A stretch of DNA of 64,000 nucleotides from Perkinsela sp. CCAP 1560/9. Its lineage: Eukaryota > Protista > Euglenozoa: Kinetoplastea. The DNA is taken from the NCBI GenBank assembly GCA_965644495.1, contig CBFFSA010000015.1, positions 248,001 through 312,000 of the forward strand, read 5' to 3'. Below the pieces are notes generated by a model. The model worked only from the letters and a program-made list of their open reading frames with translations. It did no database searches and was not told the origin of the DNA. Below are positions 30,572-41,587 of the stretch, in pieces (position 1 is the first letter of the stretch; each line of letters starts with the position of its first letter). A program made the position numbers and the translations under genes.

Positions 30572-31215
30572 TAGCTTACAAGTACGCGTTCAAAAAAGAA
30601 TCTTGTCAGCTAAACGTGTAGAACTACTATTTGGAAATATTTTTTGGAACAAGAGGTCACAAGAAGAACACCTAATTTAGAACAAGAGTCATATTTTGCT
30701 GTAAAGCAGTGACAGATAACTAGGGGGCGTGTCATAACCGATATGTAAGGGGTGTAACTACAGTACAGGTGCGACATACAGTGGTCGTCACCAATCCGAG
30801 AGTCACGAAAATGAGAATGACCCTCAGAAAAATGACAAATTATCGTGTCAACGTTCAACTCAAAAAACGCCTTGAAAATGAGAATGGATCAAAGTGATGT
30901 TGTGCTAATCCGGGCCTCTAAAAAGAGGCATCTGCACAAAAATTCAGCTACGGCAGTGGTGGGGGTGATGACCTTGCCGGAGGGGAGACGTTCTTTTTTT
31001 GGGTTCTCTGGATCGAAATCTCAGCGTCTAGGCATTATGGTTTTTAAAAGAATTTGTTTTTAAAAGAATTTAGCATTTTTTTTGAGGCCATTGTCGACTA
31101 CGACAGGGCCATAATAGGAAAAAGTAATCAAAAATGAAGAGTTCCTTCACACAAAAGAAAGATAATAATGATCTTTCACCACAGTAATTTAATCACTGCA
31201 GTGACGTGAGGTTGG

Positions 31216-31690
31216 CGCAGAGATACATGTACATGATGTATTCTACTTGTACATGATGTATGTCTCTCGGTGTGACGGCCGATATCATCGGCGCATAACC
31301 CGCATATGACGGATATCACACGGAGAGTGGAGTGCGAGGTGAGACGAGTCGCCCATCGGTCATGCTACATCACGTATAGCCATGGTTCATGTTGCAACAC
31401 GGTAAAGCCGTGGATTCATGCCGTCAGATGGTCTATTGTGGGACATGATGCATCATGAGGAGGTCCGTTACTGCCGCACTCGCCACATCATGTAGGGAGA
31501 TAGGGGTGCAAGTTCGCATCCCCTATACACGCATACAACGTGTCCTCCCGCTGTAGCACGCCCAGTGGTCCTCAAGGGGGGGCACCATGGGGCACCCCAT
31601 GGAGCTCCCGGGAGAAGAAAGCGCGAGAAGGAGAGAGCCTGGGAGGGGTGAAGAGTCCGAAGTGCGTTCCCTACTTTCACGACTAAGAGG
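31216..31690. ncRNA. Candidate structured non-coding RNA, unassigned
   Basis: GC-rich island with many nested stems in AT-rich intergenic DNA; no credible ORF. Confidence 0.4.
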
Positions 31691-32319
31691 GACAGAACAA
31701 GGATGAGACTGATTCGTTTTCTTGATGGAGATAAACGTTGCCTTCATGTTACATAAATGAAAATGGAATTCGCGTAAGATAGGGGAAAAAGAAAATTGAA
31801 AGTGGAACGCAAGTTTCAGGTAAGGGAAAGCTATCAGTAAAAACGCAAATTATGAAGCCTGTAGATGAAAATTTAAAGTAGAATTCGTAGCGAAATAGAA
31901 TTCTTAGTTGCAAAAGATAACGTATTGACGTTGTTGGAGCTTTAAGGAAAGTTATGTCAACCAATATACATTGTAATATAAAGGGAATATGTTCTTTAGA
32001 GGAATGTTCACAAATAAGTCAAGCAAAGTTTTGGTAGTGCTAGAAATGCATTGTGTAAGATAATTTTATTTCCATGTGTTGAGACCGTATGTTTTTCGGT
32101 ATTGAGGATTGCAGCATGATGGTATCTATTGGCGTAGTAAACTTATAACAAATATGCGCGCATGGGTTAATCGAACTCGACTATGATAATTTTGCAGCGT
32201 ATTCTTCGAAATTTCGTAATTCACTCATATGTGATAACCAACCCTTTCGGTGACAATCTATTGATTTGTACGATGTAAAAAAACTATCTGCTTCATTCTA
32301 TTCCTTGTTTCCTCCTGGA

Positions 32320-32886
32320 TTAGTAACCACGTCCTCGTCCGCGACCGCCGCGACGCATGCCACGTCCCCCGCGCCCTCCTCGGCTTCCACGACTTCCGCT
32401 GCCCTCATATCCCGTCCACGGACCCTCTCGAGGAGGACCACGGGGTCGCGGGGGTCCAGAGGAACGGCGGGGGTCCTCCTCGTCCGGGACCACTAGCTCC
32501 GCAGGCAGAGGGGACTGATACCCCGGGTGGGTCTTCTTCAGCGGTTTCTTCGAGAGCTTGATGCTGATCACGGAGCGCTTACGTTCACGTCCCTGGGTAT
32601 TCGCCCCTTCCTCGTCCTCACTAGCAGCATCGTAGACGGTCTCGCTGGAGATGTCAGTAACTTGGTGGAGTCCCGCGACGCGACGCTTTACGATCTCGGA
32701 GACGTTGACAGCAATGTAGATGGCACGTCCCATGCCGCGGATGGTGACCTCATCGTAGACCGGGCCCTCCTCGCCGTCCACACCGGGGCCTCCTTCCAGC
32801 AGACGTCGGATGTATGTGATGTACGCCCGCAGGGGTCGGTGCACCGTCACGCGTACTTCATTCGGGGCAGAGTCGCGCTCAGACAT
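32320..32886 (-). CDS. Alba-domain RNA-binding protein with RGG tail (Rpp25-like, ALBA3/4 type)
   Basis: EVTIRGMGRAI..AV.VSEIVKRR..GLHQ...I.IKLSK.PL...PGYQ.P; RGG-rich C-terminus. Confidence 0.93.
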   Translation of the reverse strand: MSERDSAPNEVRVTVHRPLRAYITYIRRLLEGGPGVDGEEGPVYDEVTIRGMGRAIYIAVNVSEIVKRRVAGLHQVTDISSETVYDAASEDEEGANTQGRERKRSVISIKLSKKPLKKTHPGYQSPLPAELVVPDEEDPRRSSGPPRPRGPPREGPWTGYEGSGSRGSRGGRGGRGMRRGGRGRGRGY

Positions 32887-33606
32887 AGTGAGATAGGAAG
32901 AGAGTAGTAATAGAAGAAGAGTGGAATAGGTTGATAGTTTTAAAATTAGGTGGCGAGCTCGTAGGTTACAGAAAAAAAGTAGAAAGCAAGAAAAAAGGTA
33001 GAAATTTGCAAGTTTTACAAAATCAATATCACATGCGGGAGTAATACTCTCGTTCGTATACTCAGTATACGAATTACACGCAAGTGTCTAGTAAGTTAAG
33101 TTTCTTTTAGAGGTCAACGTTTAGAAAAAATTGAATACGAAGCAAGAATATAATAATTCTGAAGTAGCGTAGAATTATGTTCTGCGAAAAGATATAAAAA
33201 TAAAAATGAAAGCGGAGCAAGTCTGGTGGAAAGATAAAAGCGGGTATACATTACATTATTTTTAAAAATTACTACTACTTGCGTACTTACTGCTTGTATG
33301 GTTGTGAAAATTAGTTTCTAATTTTAGCAACAATAAAGGAATTTTAGCATAAATAATAGAACAGCAATAAATTATATATATTTATAATTTATATCTAATA
33401 TAGCTATTTTCATACATACATGTATGACATGCATAACAGCCAGGTTTACTACATTTGTATTTTAGTTCGGTTATGCAATAAGCCTTGGTTGTATGTGTTA
33501 CATACAAAGAGTAGCATGTTCTTTAATAATACAACAAATTGTGTGTACATACAACAAATTGAAGAGAAAAAAATATCAAAACTTAAGAAGGTTTGTAGCA
33601 AGAAAA

Positions 33607-35907
33607 TCAAAAATCCATGAAAAAATCCAAATTTGATCCACTGTCAAGTCGCCGAGTTGCTTTTTTAAAATCTGGTGACGTTTTGCGCGAAGAGGCTTTA
33701 ATCCGCCCCGGTGCGGGATGGCTTACTGACGTAGCGGTGATTTTGGAAGTGACTGACGTGCTCAAGGGTTTATGGAGAATTTGCTTACTGACGTGATGAG
33801 TGGTTGCCGGCGTACGCATGGAAGCAACACGGTCTCTACGGTGTACGATAGGACGCAAGTTCGACGCTTCTGTCACACTTTTTCCGGATGCATAACCGTT
33901 GCCTATACTTTCTCGCCGCAAAGAATTAAGTCGCTTTTCTAAGTCGAGCTGCGTAACAGGCGTTTCTCGCTTTTCGGGCATAACTTCGGCTTTTGATGGG
34001 ATTTGAAAAGTGATATTTTTCGATGAGTTAGATGCCATAGCGGGCGATGTCGTCTTTACTTTACGAATCTCGCTGGGACTGCGGAAAAGAGAACGAGCCG
34101 TGCTTATGGCTTGTGCTCGAAATGCAGAAGGAGAAGCTGATGCCTTGTTCTTGCAAATTGAATTCTTCTCTGGCAAAGCAGATTGTAGCCCAGCACCGAC
34201 TTCAGGAGTCCGAGACAGGCTTGCAGCAGGGGGGGTCGGCGGTGGAATAGTAAAGTTGAGTTTAGGGGCATCCTTCTTTAAATTGTACGGTGGAACCACG
34301 GGAGCACCCGGGCATTCGATACAATCACTTAATTTGTTTTGTTGCACGGATTCGAGCGATGTATCACACTTTGACTCTAGAAGTGCTGGACTTCGGATTC
34401 GCTTCTTCGTATAGTCAGAGACTTTGATTGTGGGTACATGTTCTGTGAGTACTGACATTGCATTCGACTTCCCCAAACGTTTTTGAAGGATTTCTAGACT
34501 TTTCTTAACCTCACAATTTGCTTCCAGTGCGCTACGCTGTATGTTAAAGTTGCCTTTATAAAGGATAAGGCTTTCATGCTCCTCGTTTGAAATTTGAACA
34601 CGTTCCTGAAACTCGCGTGAGAGCGTAAAGCTCACCTGGTTCATGTATTGCAGGGAAGACTGTGCTATCCACTCACGACAGTGCTCCTCTTCGCATCTCA
34701 GCCCAAACAGAATTCGCTGCATCTCTTTTTCCCTTCGCACTTCGCGCTTGCGTCTCAGCGCATCGCAATGTTTCTTGTGACAATTTAATTCAATTTTCTG
34801 CTGGGCACTATATTCTTCTTCCAATGACTTCAGTTTCGCACTGCAATTTATAACAGCCTCTTGTTTATTGAATACATATCGCACGATGTGCAATAACTTT
34901 TTAGCGTTTTCAAAAGAAGCCTCCTGAGCTGTGCGAGAACTGTTGCATAGACCTCCAATTTGTTTTGACCATTTTTCTAGCACGCCTGACGTTAGCACTT
35001 TGTTAATCGTGTTCTCGAGAAAGATCATCTCCTCATGACAACAGCTTTTCGTCGCCATCAAACTTTTGCAACGCTCTTCTTCGTGCGCGAGAGCCGTCCG
35101 TAGACAAAGCTGTTCATCCCTTTTCCCTTTAAGAGAAATCTCGAGATCTGCAATGTCCTCCTTTTTCAAAGTTCGTCTCTCAGGAAAATTTGAAATAAAT
35201 TTTTGAAGGGGAATAGACTCACTCTGAATGAGGTTAATTTCAGGGTAAATTACATCAGATGAAGAGAACTTATTTTCAGCTTTCACAGCGCCCCTCTCAT
35301 TACCCTCGTGTAGGACCAATATAACTTTGTCAATTTTCCCCAATTCTTTATCCAAACCGTCGTTTCGGACCTTTTGCCTGTGCAGAGCTTCTGTGACACG
35401 TTTCACGTCGCACGTAAGAATAAGCTGACTAAATTTCAACACCTGTAAATATTTAACAGCTTCAATAATATCTCTACGCTTTTCTTCCGCTCGGTGGTAC
35501 TGCATTTTTTGATTTTGAATTTGAGACTCCAATTCCAAGGCAGAAAAAATCGTCATTATGTGCTGCACACGAGCTTCAGCGTTAGCTCGTAAGCTTTCAA
35601 TGGAAGAACATATATTATGTGCTGCCTCGTCTTGTTCCATATGTACACTCAACTGCAGCTCCAACTTTGTAAGACTTTGCTGAGTCCGTTCACTGGAGAG
35701 CTTATTGTAATATATTCCCTCTTTAAGCTCATTACCTTTGCAGCATAGCTCTTCATGTAGATCCTGTGCCTTAAACAGAGCCTCACGAAACAGGCGGTTG
35801 AGGTTTCGAGACTTCAGTTCAATTTCTTCTTGAACCGCAGTTTGAGCAGCGTTTTGTTGCAGCAGACTGGTAGTACACTGTTCTAAAAACTGGAAACTGT
35901 TTAACAT
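33607..35907 (-). CDS. Hypothetical coiled-coil protein with low-complexity C-terminus
   Basis: 766 aa ATG-started ORF with an E/Q/K/L-rich N-terminal part. Confidence 0.75.
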   Translation of the reverse strand: MLNSFQFLEQCTTSLLQQNAAQTAVQEEIELKSRNLNRLFREALFKAQDLHEELCCKGNELKEGIYYNKLSSERTQQSLTKLELQLSVHMEQDEAAHNICSSIESLRANAEARVQHIMTIFSALELESQIQNQKMQYHRAEEKRRDIIEAVKYLQVLKFSQLILTCDVKRVTEALHRQKVRNDGLDKELGKIDKVILVLHEGNERGAVKAENKFSSSDVIYPEINLIQSESIPLQKFISNFPERRTLKKEDIADLEISLKGKRDEQLCLRTALAHEEERCKSLMATKSCCHEEMIFLENTINKVLTSGVLEKWSKQIGGLCNSSRTAQEASFENAKKLLHIVRYVFNKQEAVINCSAKLKSLEEEYSAQQKIELNCHKKHCDALRRKREVRREKEMQRILFGLRCEEEHCREWIAQSSLQYMNQVSFTLSREFQERVQISNEEHESLILYKGNFNIQRSALEANCEVKKSLEILQKRLGKSNAMSVLTEHVPTIKVSDYTKKRIRSPALLESKCDTSLESVQQNKLSDCIECPGAPVVPPYNLKKDAPKLNFTIPPPTPPAASLSRTPEVGAGLQSALPEKNSICKNKASASPSAFRAQAISTARSLFRSPSEIRKVKTTSPAMASNSSKNITFQIPSKAEVMPEKRETPVTQLDLEKRLNSLRRESIGNGYASGKSVTEASNLRPIVHRRDRVASMRTPATTHHVSKQILHKPLSTSVTSKITATSVSHPAPGRIKASSRKTSPDFKKATRRLDSGSNLDFFMDF

Positions 35908-36039
35908 AATATGGTGTATGTACTAAAAAAGAAAGTCAAGATACGATGAAATTCATTGAATCAATTACATCCATGATTCATTTAATTCATAATGATATTA
36001 TGAATTATTACACGTGAATAGCCAAAGTGCAACATTGTG

Positions 36040-36768
36040 CTACGTGCATGCGCGCATGTTTTCGACATACTCTTCGTATAGCTCTGAAAGAATTTTTCGT
36101 AGCAGGAAAGGGTTTAAACCCATGACCCCTTCTCTAGAGCCCTCAAGACGAACTACACACTTTTCCAAATCTGCATCCTCAATTACAAACCCACCACTAC
36201 ATTGCATGGATACCCCTCTTGCCAATAGAGTTTGAATAGTAGCATTGGGAATATCTCCGAAATGAACGCGATTTATGTCTTGAATGTATCTTGCACTACG
36301 CTGTTCATCAGAAGACTTAAAATTGTGCATACCATTGAGATCAACTCTTTCGACACACATCCCACCAATTGTTTCTAGAAAGCTATTTCGATAATCACTA
36401 AGAAATTCTTCGTTTTGATTGCGGTCCAAAGGTTTTTCACGAATCACGCCTTCAAAAACAGTAACTTGATCCCCAGTGACAAGGAAAACGATGTTATCAC
36501 CATGTAATTTTCTTTGACCACTTGATAATTCATTTCGCAATATCTCCTTTACAGCGCTCAATTTTGCATAGCTAATCATTTTTACCAATTCCTCAGCACT
36601 ATCACTGCGAATCAGTTTCTCGTTTATATTGGGAGAAATGCATTCTATAGCGGGAATCTCTTCCAATGTAAAATGCTGACGAATAATTCCAAGACGAAAA
36701 GGTGAGCTAGACCCTAGAATTAGTTTTAACTTGTCGGGGACGTTTACTCCATGTGAAGATTCCGCCAT
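36040..36768 (-). CDS. Maf-family nucleoside triphosphate pyrophosphatase
   Basis: LILGSSSPFR, INEK.IR, AK, GDQV....G.IREKP, CSGGF.IE, VMGL. Confidence 0.92.
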   Translation of the reverse strand: MAESSHGVNVPDKLKLILGSSSPFRLGIIRQHFTLEEIPAIECISPNINEKLIRSDSAEELVKMISYAKLSAVKEILRNELSSGQRKLHGDNIVFLVTGDQVTVFEGVIREKPLDRNQNEEFLSDYRNSFLETIGGMCVERVDLNGMHNFKSSDEQRSARYIQDINRVHFGDIPNATIQTLLARGVSMQCSGGFVIEDADLEKCVVRLEGSREGVMGLNPFLLRKILSELYEEYVENMRACT

Positions 36769-37054
36769 GACACAATGAATTAATATCTGCTTCAAAAAAT
36801 TATTTTAAGATTATTTTTTTGTACTACTCCCTAAACCCCCGCCCATATTTTAAGAATTTTTAGGTTCTTCGTTAAGCGCGGCGACGTAATGGGTAGAGAA
36901 TACGTCTCCAACCACACCATTTTTCCGACACAAAAAGACTCCTTTGAGTCCGAAAATTACTTTTTCACCTTTTTCGGTCAAAAATGGGTCATTTTGGGAG
37001 GCGCCCTCGTATCAGAAGAATTAATAATTATTCGTTTATAACCTACGTTGCATT

Positions 37055-37480
37055 TAGACTCTTCGTTAAACGCGGTGGTTGTTTTCAACTTAGAAGTCAC
37101 TCATGCTGCGCGCTTCGCGTTGAAAACAACCACCGCGTTTAACGAAGAGCCCAAAAAAGAAAATTTTCTTGGAAAGCTGAAGAAAACGGAAAGATTATGG
37201 CCAAAAATAGCCGATTTTCGGGTAAAAATGGGATCTTTTTTGTGTATTCTTGCTCTCAGAGCGCTAAATCTGATATTTGCGTGTGGGAAATCACTAGTAC
37301 GCGTGAAGTAAAGCCTACTGAACGTAATGGGTATATAATGCTACTCCAACCACACCACGCTTTCGACACAAAAAGGCCTCTTGGGGTCCAAAAAATACAT
37401 TTTTGCATTTTTTAGTCAAATGTGACGTTTTGGGAGGCCTACCACGGCTCGAAGAAGGGATATCTTGCGAAAACAATGGC
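37055..37480 (+). mobile_element. Repeat family B copy running into the long palindrome
   Basis: Homologous to 13831-14290; a deleted copy lies just upstream at 36860-37000. Confidence 0.85.
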
Positions 37481-37756
37481 GTAGAAAGCTAATACCCAGG
37501 GTAAAGTGGACGAGGGAGATACCAAGTGTAGGTGCGGAGGTTTCCACAGGACAAATGGCATCTCTACCTTTATAGGCGTTTGTCTTCATGCCATAAGGGA
37601 GATACCGTATTTCCTGTGGAAACCTCCGCACTACACTTGGTATCTCCCTCGTCCACTTTACCCTGGGTATTAGCTTTCTACGCCGTTGTTTTCGCAAGGT
37701 ATCCCTTCTTCGAGTCGTGGTAGGCCTCCCAAAATGTTACATATTTGACTAAAAAA
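37408..37756. repeat. GGGAGATAC foldback palindrome 2 (~350 bp)
   Basis: ~155 bp near-perfect inverted arms around a short loop. Confidence 0.92.
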
Positions 37757-38155
37757 AGCCAAAAAGCCGACTTTTCGTTGAGTACTCAACGAACTTCCTG
37801 ATTTTCGTTGAGATCTCAACGAATCTACCCCCAACCCAATTTTTTTTTACCATTTGTTTCGCCAAATTGGATTTTTTTTTAAAACATTTTTCCGAAAAAA
37901 TCCGAACTTGGCGGACCCGTCCTGTGGATACGCGGGGGGGGGGTCACCCCCGGGTAGGGGGGTGAAAAATGCGCGTCAAGACCCCGGCTACCCCTTCTGA
38001 GGTTCTTTTTCGAAAAATATTTTTTTGCAAAAAAATTTGCTCGACCATGACCCCCCCCTGGACCCCCCTTTTTTTTCAATTTTTTTTTCCCGATTTTTTT
38101 GAATTTTTCAGTTTTGGACCACCGGAGCCCCCTTTTATATTTTTTTCTTCTATTA

Positions 38156-39509
38156 CTGTGCCCCCCCCACTTATAGTGCCGCGGTTTTCGACCAAACGGC
38201 ACTATAAGTTGGGGGTGCACTGTGTTTCAGTTCGATTTTATTAAAGTCCATTTATTTTTCACAGAGTACATTTTTTTCAAAATTGGTACATTTGTTGGTG
38301 ATTCGTGACGAAGAAGCACTGCCCCCTATGCTTACCTTCCTCCCGCGCATGCCCCGAGATGCGCACGGCACTCGTCATCGATTAAGAGCGACTTAACTCC
38401 TATAAGACACTCGCAAAACTTCATAAGCTTAACCCCTGGTCCATCATTGAAACTTTTTGCTTTTTTCCTGAAGATTAACCGGAAACGTTTAAGAATACCT
38501 TCCGGGACTACAGTAAAGTAAACACTTTTGGTCAAGGAGGCTAAAGGGCATATGACTGAATACTACAGATTACTTTGCACTCCTTTTCCACGTTTTCTGA
38601 TCTACTTTACTACTGTTCTTCATCCGAAACATTCGAAAAAATACATCCAAAAAAGTTGTAATTAGCTTTTTTAACCCCTACCTGGCTAGGGGGGGTAGAG
38701 GGTCGCTCGAGTGAAAAGGAACTCGGATTCGGAACGATTGGGTCGAAAAACAGTGGTATACCAAATATTTCCAAAATCGGACAAATTACAAGACCTGTAG
38801 GGGGGGGGGTAAAAGACGGTGAACACCACTGTAGCTTTCTACGCCGTTGTTTCCACAAGATACCCCTTCTTGAAACCGTGACGGTGAAAGTGAAGCATTA
38901 TTTCACATAAAAAATATTTTGTTTCGTTAATTTTTTTATGTGTTCTAAGTGTTGCCTTATCATATTTTACGGGCACTGAAAGTATTTTTCTGACATTTGT
39001 TTACATACAGCTGTACTTTTTTCGCGGTGACGGTACGTTTGATAGTGGGAAAGAAGCGCGACATAATCGGCTGAAGTTCGGCGCAGAAATTGTGAAAAGT
39101 AAGCTAAAGAGAGGAAAACATGAAGATTATGCCCTCCGTCGCCTGTTTTAGCACCTCAAATGACATTGCGAGAACGTAGAAATCGTTCTAGAACAAGGGC
39201 AAGAGAGTTAATTTTTTCTTTTTTACTAAAATAGGGCGATAATAAATGTTTTAAAAAAAGTATGAAATAATGCTTCACTTTGACCGCCGTGACACGTCTC
39301 CAAAATGACGCCCCCCAAAATAGGTGTCCTGGCAAAACCAGGCAAAACGTGGCAAAACCTGGAAAAACCCGGCAAAACTTAACAGGTTTCAACCCTCTTA
39401 CTCTACCTTTTTGGTCAAAAGAAATAGGTCAATTTTTCTGACATTTGTTTTTCAAAACGGCACTTTAAGTGGGGGGGTACCCCGCGGCACTATAAGTGGG
39501 GGGGCACAG
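38156..39509. mobile_element. 1354 bp pogo/Tc1-type TIR element with TA duplication, inserted in a family A copy
   Basis: TA-ctgtgccccccccacttatagtgccgcgg and ccgcggcactataagtgggggggcacag-TA; empty site at ~10150; internal LLIDDECRAH weakly resembles the pogo DDE LL.LD...H motif. Confidence 0.9.
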
Positions 39510-39620
39510 TATATTACTGTGTTCCTCCTTATATTTTCACTGTTTTTGTTCACTTTTTCAATAATGGAGGGTAGAGTGGTAGTTATACAACCACCGCAAT
39601 AAGGGAACACTAATTAAGGG

Positions 39621-40035
39621 AAGTGTAGTTGGCAGACGGTGGGCCTTATAACCTGCAGGATGGGAGTTCGATTCCTGCTATCGACAAAACTCGCAACCTG
39701 GCGGCCTCACTACAAAGGGAAAGCGATCAGGAGTGCCTTCAAGGCCCACACCGAACCCCGCTCCCCTGGAGTAACGACCCGGAACCGCAGAGCTGAACCA
39801 GGCTCCAGCGCAGCCGCTAAATTGCAAGCTGCTTACACAAAGGAGGCTTGAGATACAGCCTACACGATGCAACGGGGTTAGACGCCCGTCCTGGTAGCTA
39901 CGGTTGGGTAGCCGTGCTCGGGCCGCAAGGCGTCCAGTGCCGTCTGGGAAGGGGGTAGCAAGACGATGAAGGTCGGTGACCTGAGACTCTACCCTAACGG
40001 TTGGCGCTGCATAGCCCTCCGTGTCTTCTTTTTTT
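39621..40035 (+). ncRNA. tRNA-headed structured RNA element ending in T7 (SINE-like / Pol III candidate)
   Basis: A-box-like gtgtagttggc, B box gagttcgattcc, GC-rich hairpin body, T run at 40029-40035. Confidence 0.55.
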
Positions 40036-40067
40036 GAAAATCATTTTCCCTTAATCAGTGTAAATCT

Positions 40068-40263
40068 TAGCCCAGGCTAAAATGGAACGGGGAGATACTA
40101 AAGGCAGCTTTGAAAAACCACCACAAACTGGAACGGTATCTCCCGTTAAATATTCTTTTGTTACATTAGAATGCTCTACAAACCGGGAGATACCGTTCCA
40201 GTTTTGTGGTGGTTTTCCAAAGGTGCCTTTAGTATCTCCCCGTTCCATTTTAGCCTGGGTCTA
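40068..40263. repeat. GGGAGATAC foldback palindrome 3
   Basis: ~78 bp inverted arms around a ~40 bp loop. Confidence 0.9.
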
Positions 40264-40375
40264 AAAGTGCTTCTGTTGAAAAAGGGGCGGAGTCGGAGGA
40301 GGAATATTTTTCTTATGTTTTTCGGAGCACAAATGCCGTGATAGCCTTCTATACTAGGTCCCAAAATATTGAAAT

Positions 40376-40697
40376 ACAGTAGGGCAGACGATTTTGGAAA
40401 AATATTTTTCTTGCCATTTTTTTCGCGAAGTTGATATTTTTTTGAAAAAAAAATCTGAAAACCGAACTTGGCGGACCTGTCCTGCGGATACGCGGGGGGG
40501 TCACCCCCGGGCATGGGGGTGAAAAATACGCGCCAAGACTCCGGATACCCCTTCTGAGGGTTTGTTTCAAAAGGGAAGTGTTAGAGTATGCCGCGGCGAT
40601 GATTTTTCACCCCTCCACCTGGGGGTACCCCCCTAGTACACGCAGGAGTTATTAATATTTTGTTTTTCAATTTTGGACCGCCGGAGCCCCCTTTTAT
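40376..40697 (+). mobile_element. Repeat family A copy
   Basis: Homologous to 9848-10135. Confidence 0.75.
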
Positions 40698-40894
40698 ACC
40701 GGTGTAACGGTTATTAGGGATAAAAGTAATTAAGGCAGAACGAATTTAAAAATTAAGTATTGCCTTAATTAAAGTTGCCATAATTAAAGTTGTCTTAATT
40801 TTAGAGCGGGGGGGCACGCGTCTGTGGTGATCGGCAGAATATGGCAGAAATGGGCAATAATCTGCTGTTAATGAGCACTAGCGGAGAAAAAAAG

Positions 40895-41587
40895 TCACAT
40901 GTAGAAAAAAAAAGACCAGCCGTTTACTTTCAACTTTCCGTTCACGCACTCCGTGAGGAATTTCCTTTTTTCTTCCCGATCGTCGTCTTCAATTCCTAGT
41001 CTGTTAGCTCGACACTTTAGTTCAACCTTTAACTGGTTGTTCATGCTTTCTACGGTGTTCGTAGAAACACCTTCGCTCGTAACCCACTCTACTCGGTGGT
41101 TTATAAATTTGTGGTTCACAAGGGAACCGAGTGCCAATCTCGCACGCCATCCGTCAGTCTTGACCACAGTGCGCGTCCCAGCGGCCAAATGCAGCACATG
41201 GAGCGTCATTGTAGACTCCGATCGATTCGCTAGGCTCTTTACAAACACTTCCTGTGCCTGATCGGTCACATTAGTTACCACCAAAGTGTGGAACCATCGA
41301 TGGCCCTGCTTGCGCACGGCATGGCTGCGATTACATCCCCCCCTCTTCACCTTACTTGTACAGGTCTCATCTTTTTGCATATAATTGACGGTTCCTCCTG
41401 CATTAAGCCAACGAATATCGTGAGCTTGTGACACTAATAATATTATTTCTTGAGAGAAACGAGTAACGGTCTTGACGTTCACCTTTGCTTCGTTAACAAT
41501 AAACTTGTGTGGCAATGCTTCTGCTATACCGTACGCCGTCTCCGTTTGCTGAACAAGGGTCCTTCCTTCCAGAATTTCGCTCGACAA
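40895..41587 (-). pseudogene. Merlin / ISXO2 (IS1595-like) DDE transposase remnant
   Basis: QKDET..K.KR, VKTDGWRA, H..INH...WV...GVSTNTVESMNNQLK; no ATG start and several degenerate positions. Confidence 0.85.

Noticed and set aside
30610-31040. Minus frame MPRR*DFDPENPKKERL... as a selenoprotein or readthrough gene
   Set aside because: Two in-frame TGAs, no likeness to SelK, SelT or SelTryp, no clear SECIS; other genes here use TGA as stop.
31216-31690. Telomerase RNA or RNase MRP identity for the structured region
   Set aside because: No CCCTAACCC-type template on either strand and no convincing CR-I/CR-V pair.
37879-38244. Short ORFs in repeat families A and B and in the palindromes
   Set aside because: They recur only because the non-coding repeats recur; frames are not conserved between copies.
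39955-39995. Hammerhead-like cgatga-stem-gagac
   Set aside because: Core deviates from CUGAUGA and GAAA and no stem I or cleavage triplet is in place; a K-turn-like reading fits better.
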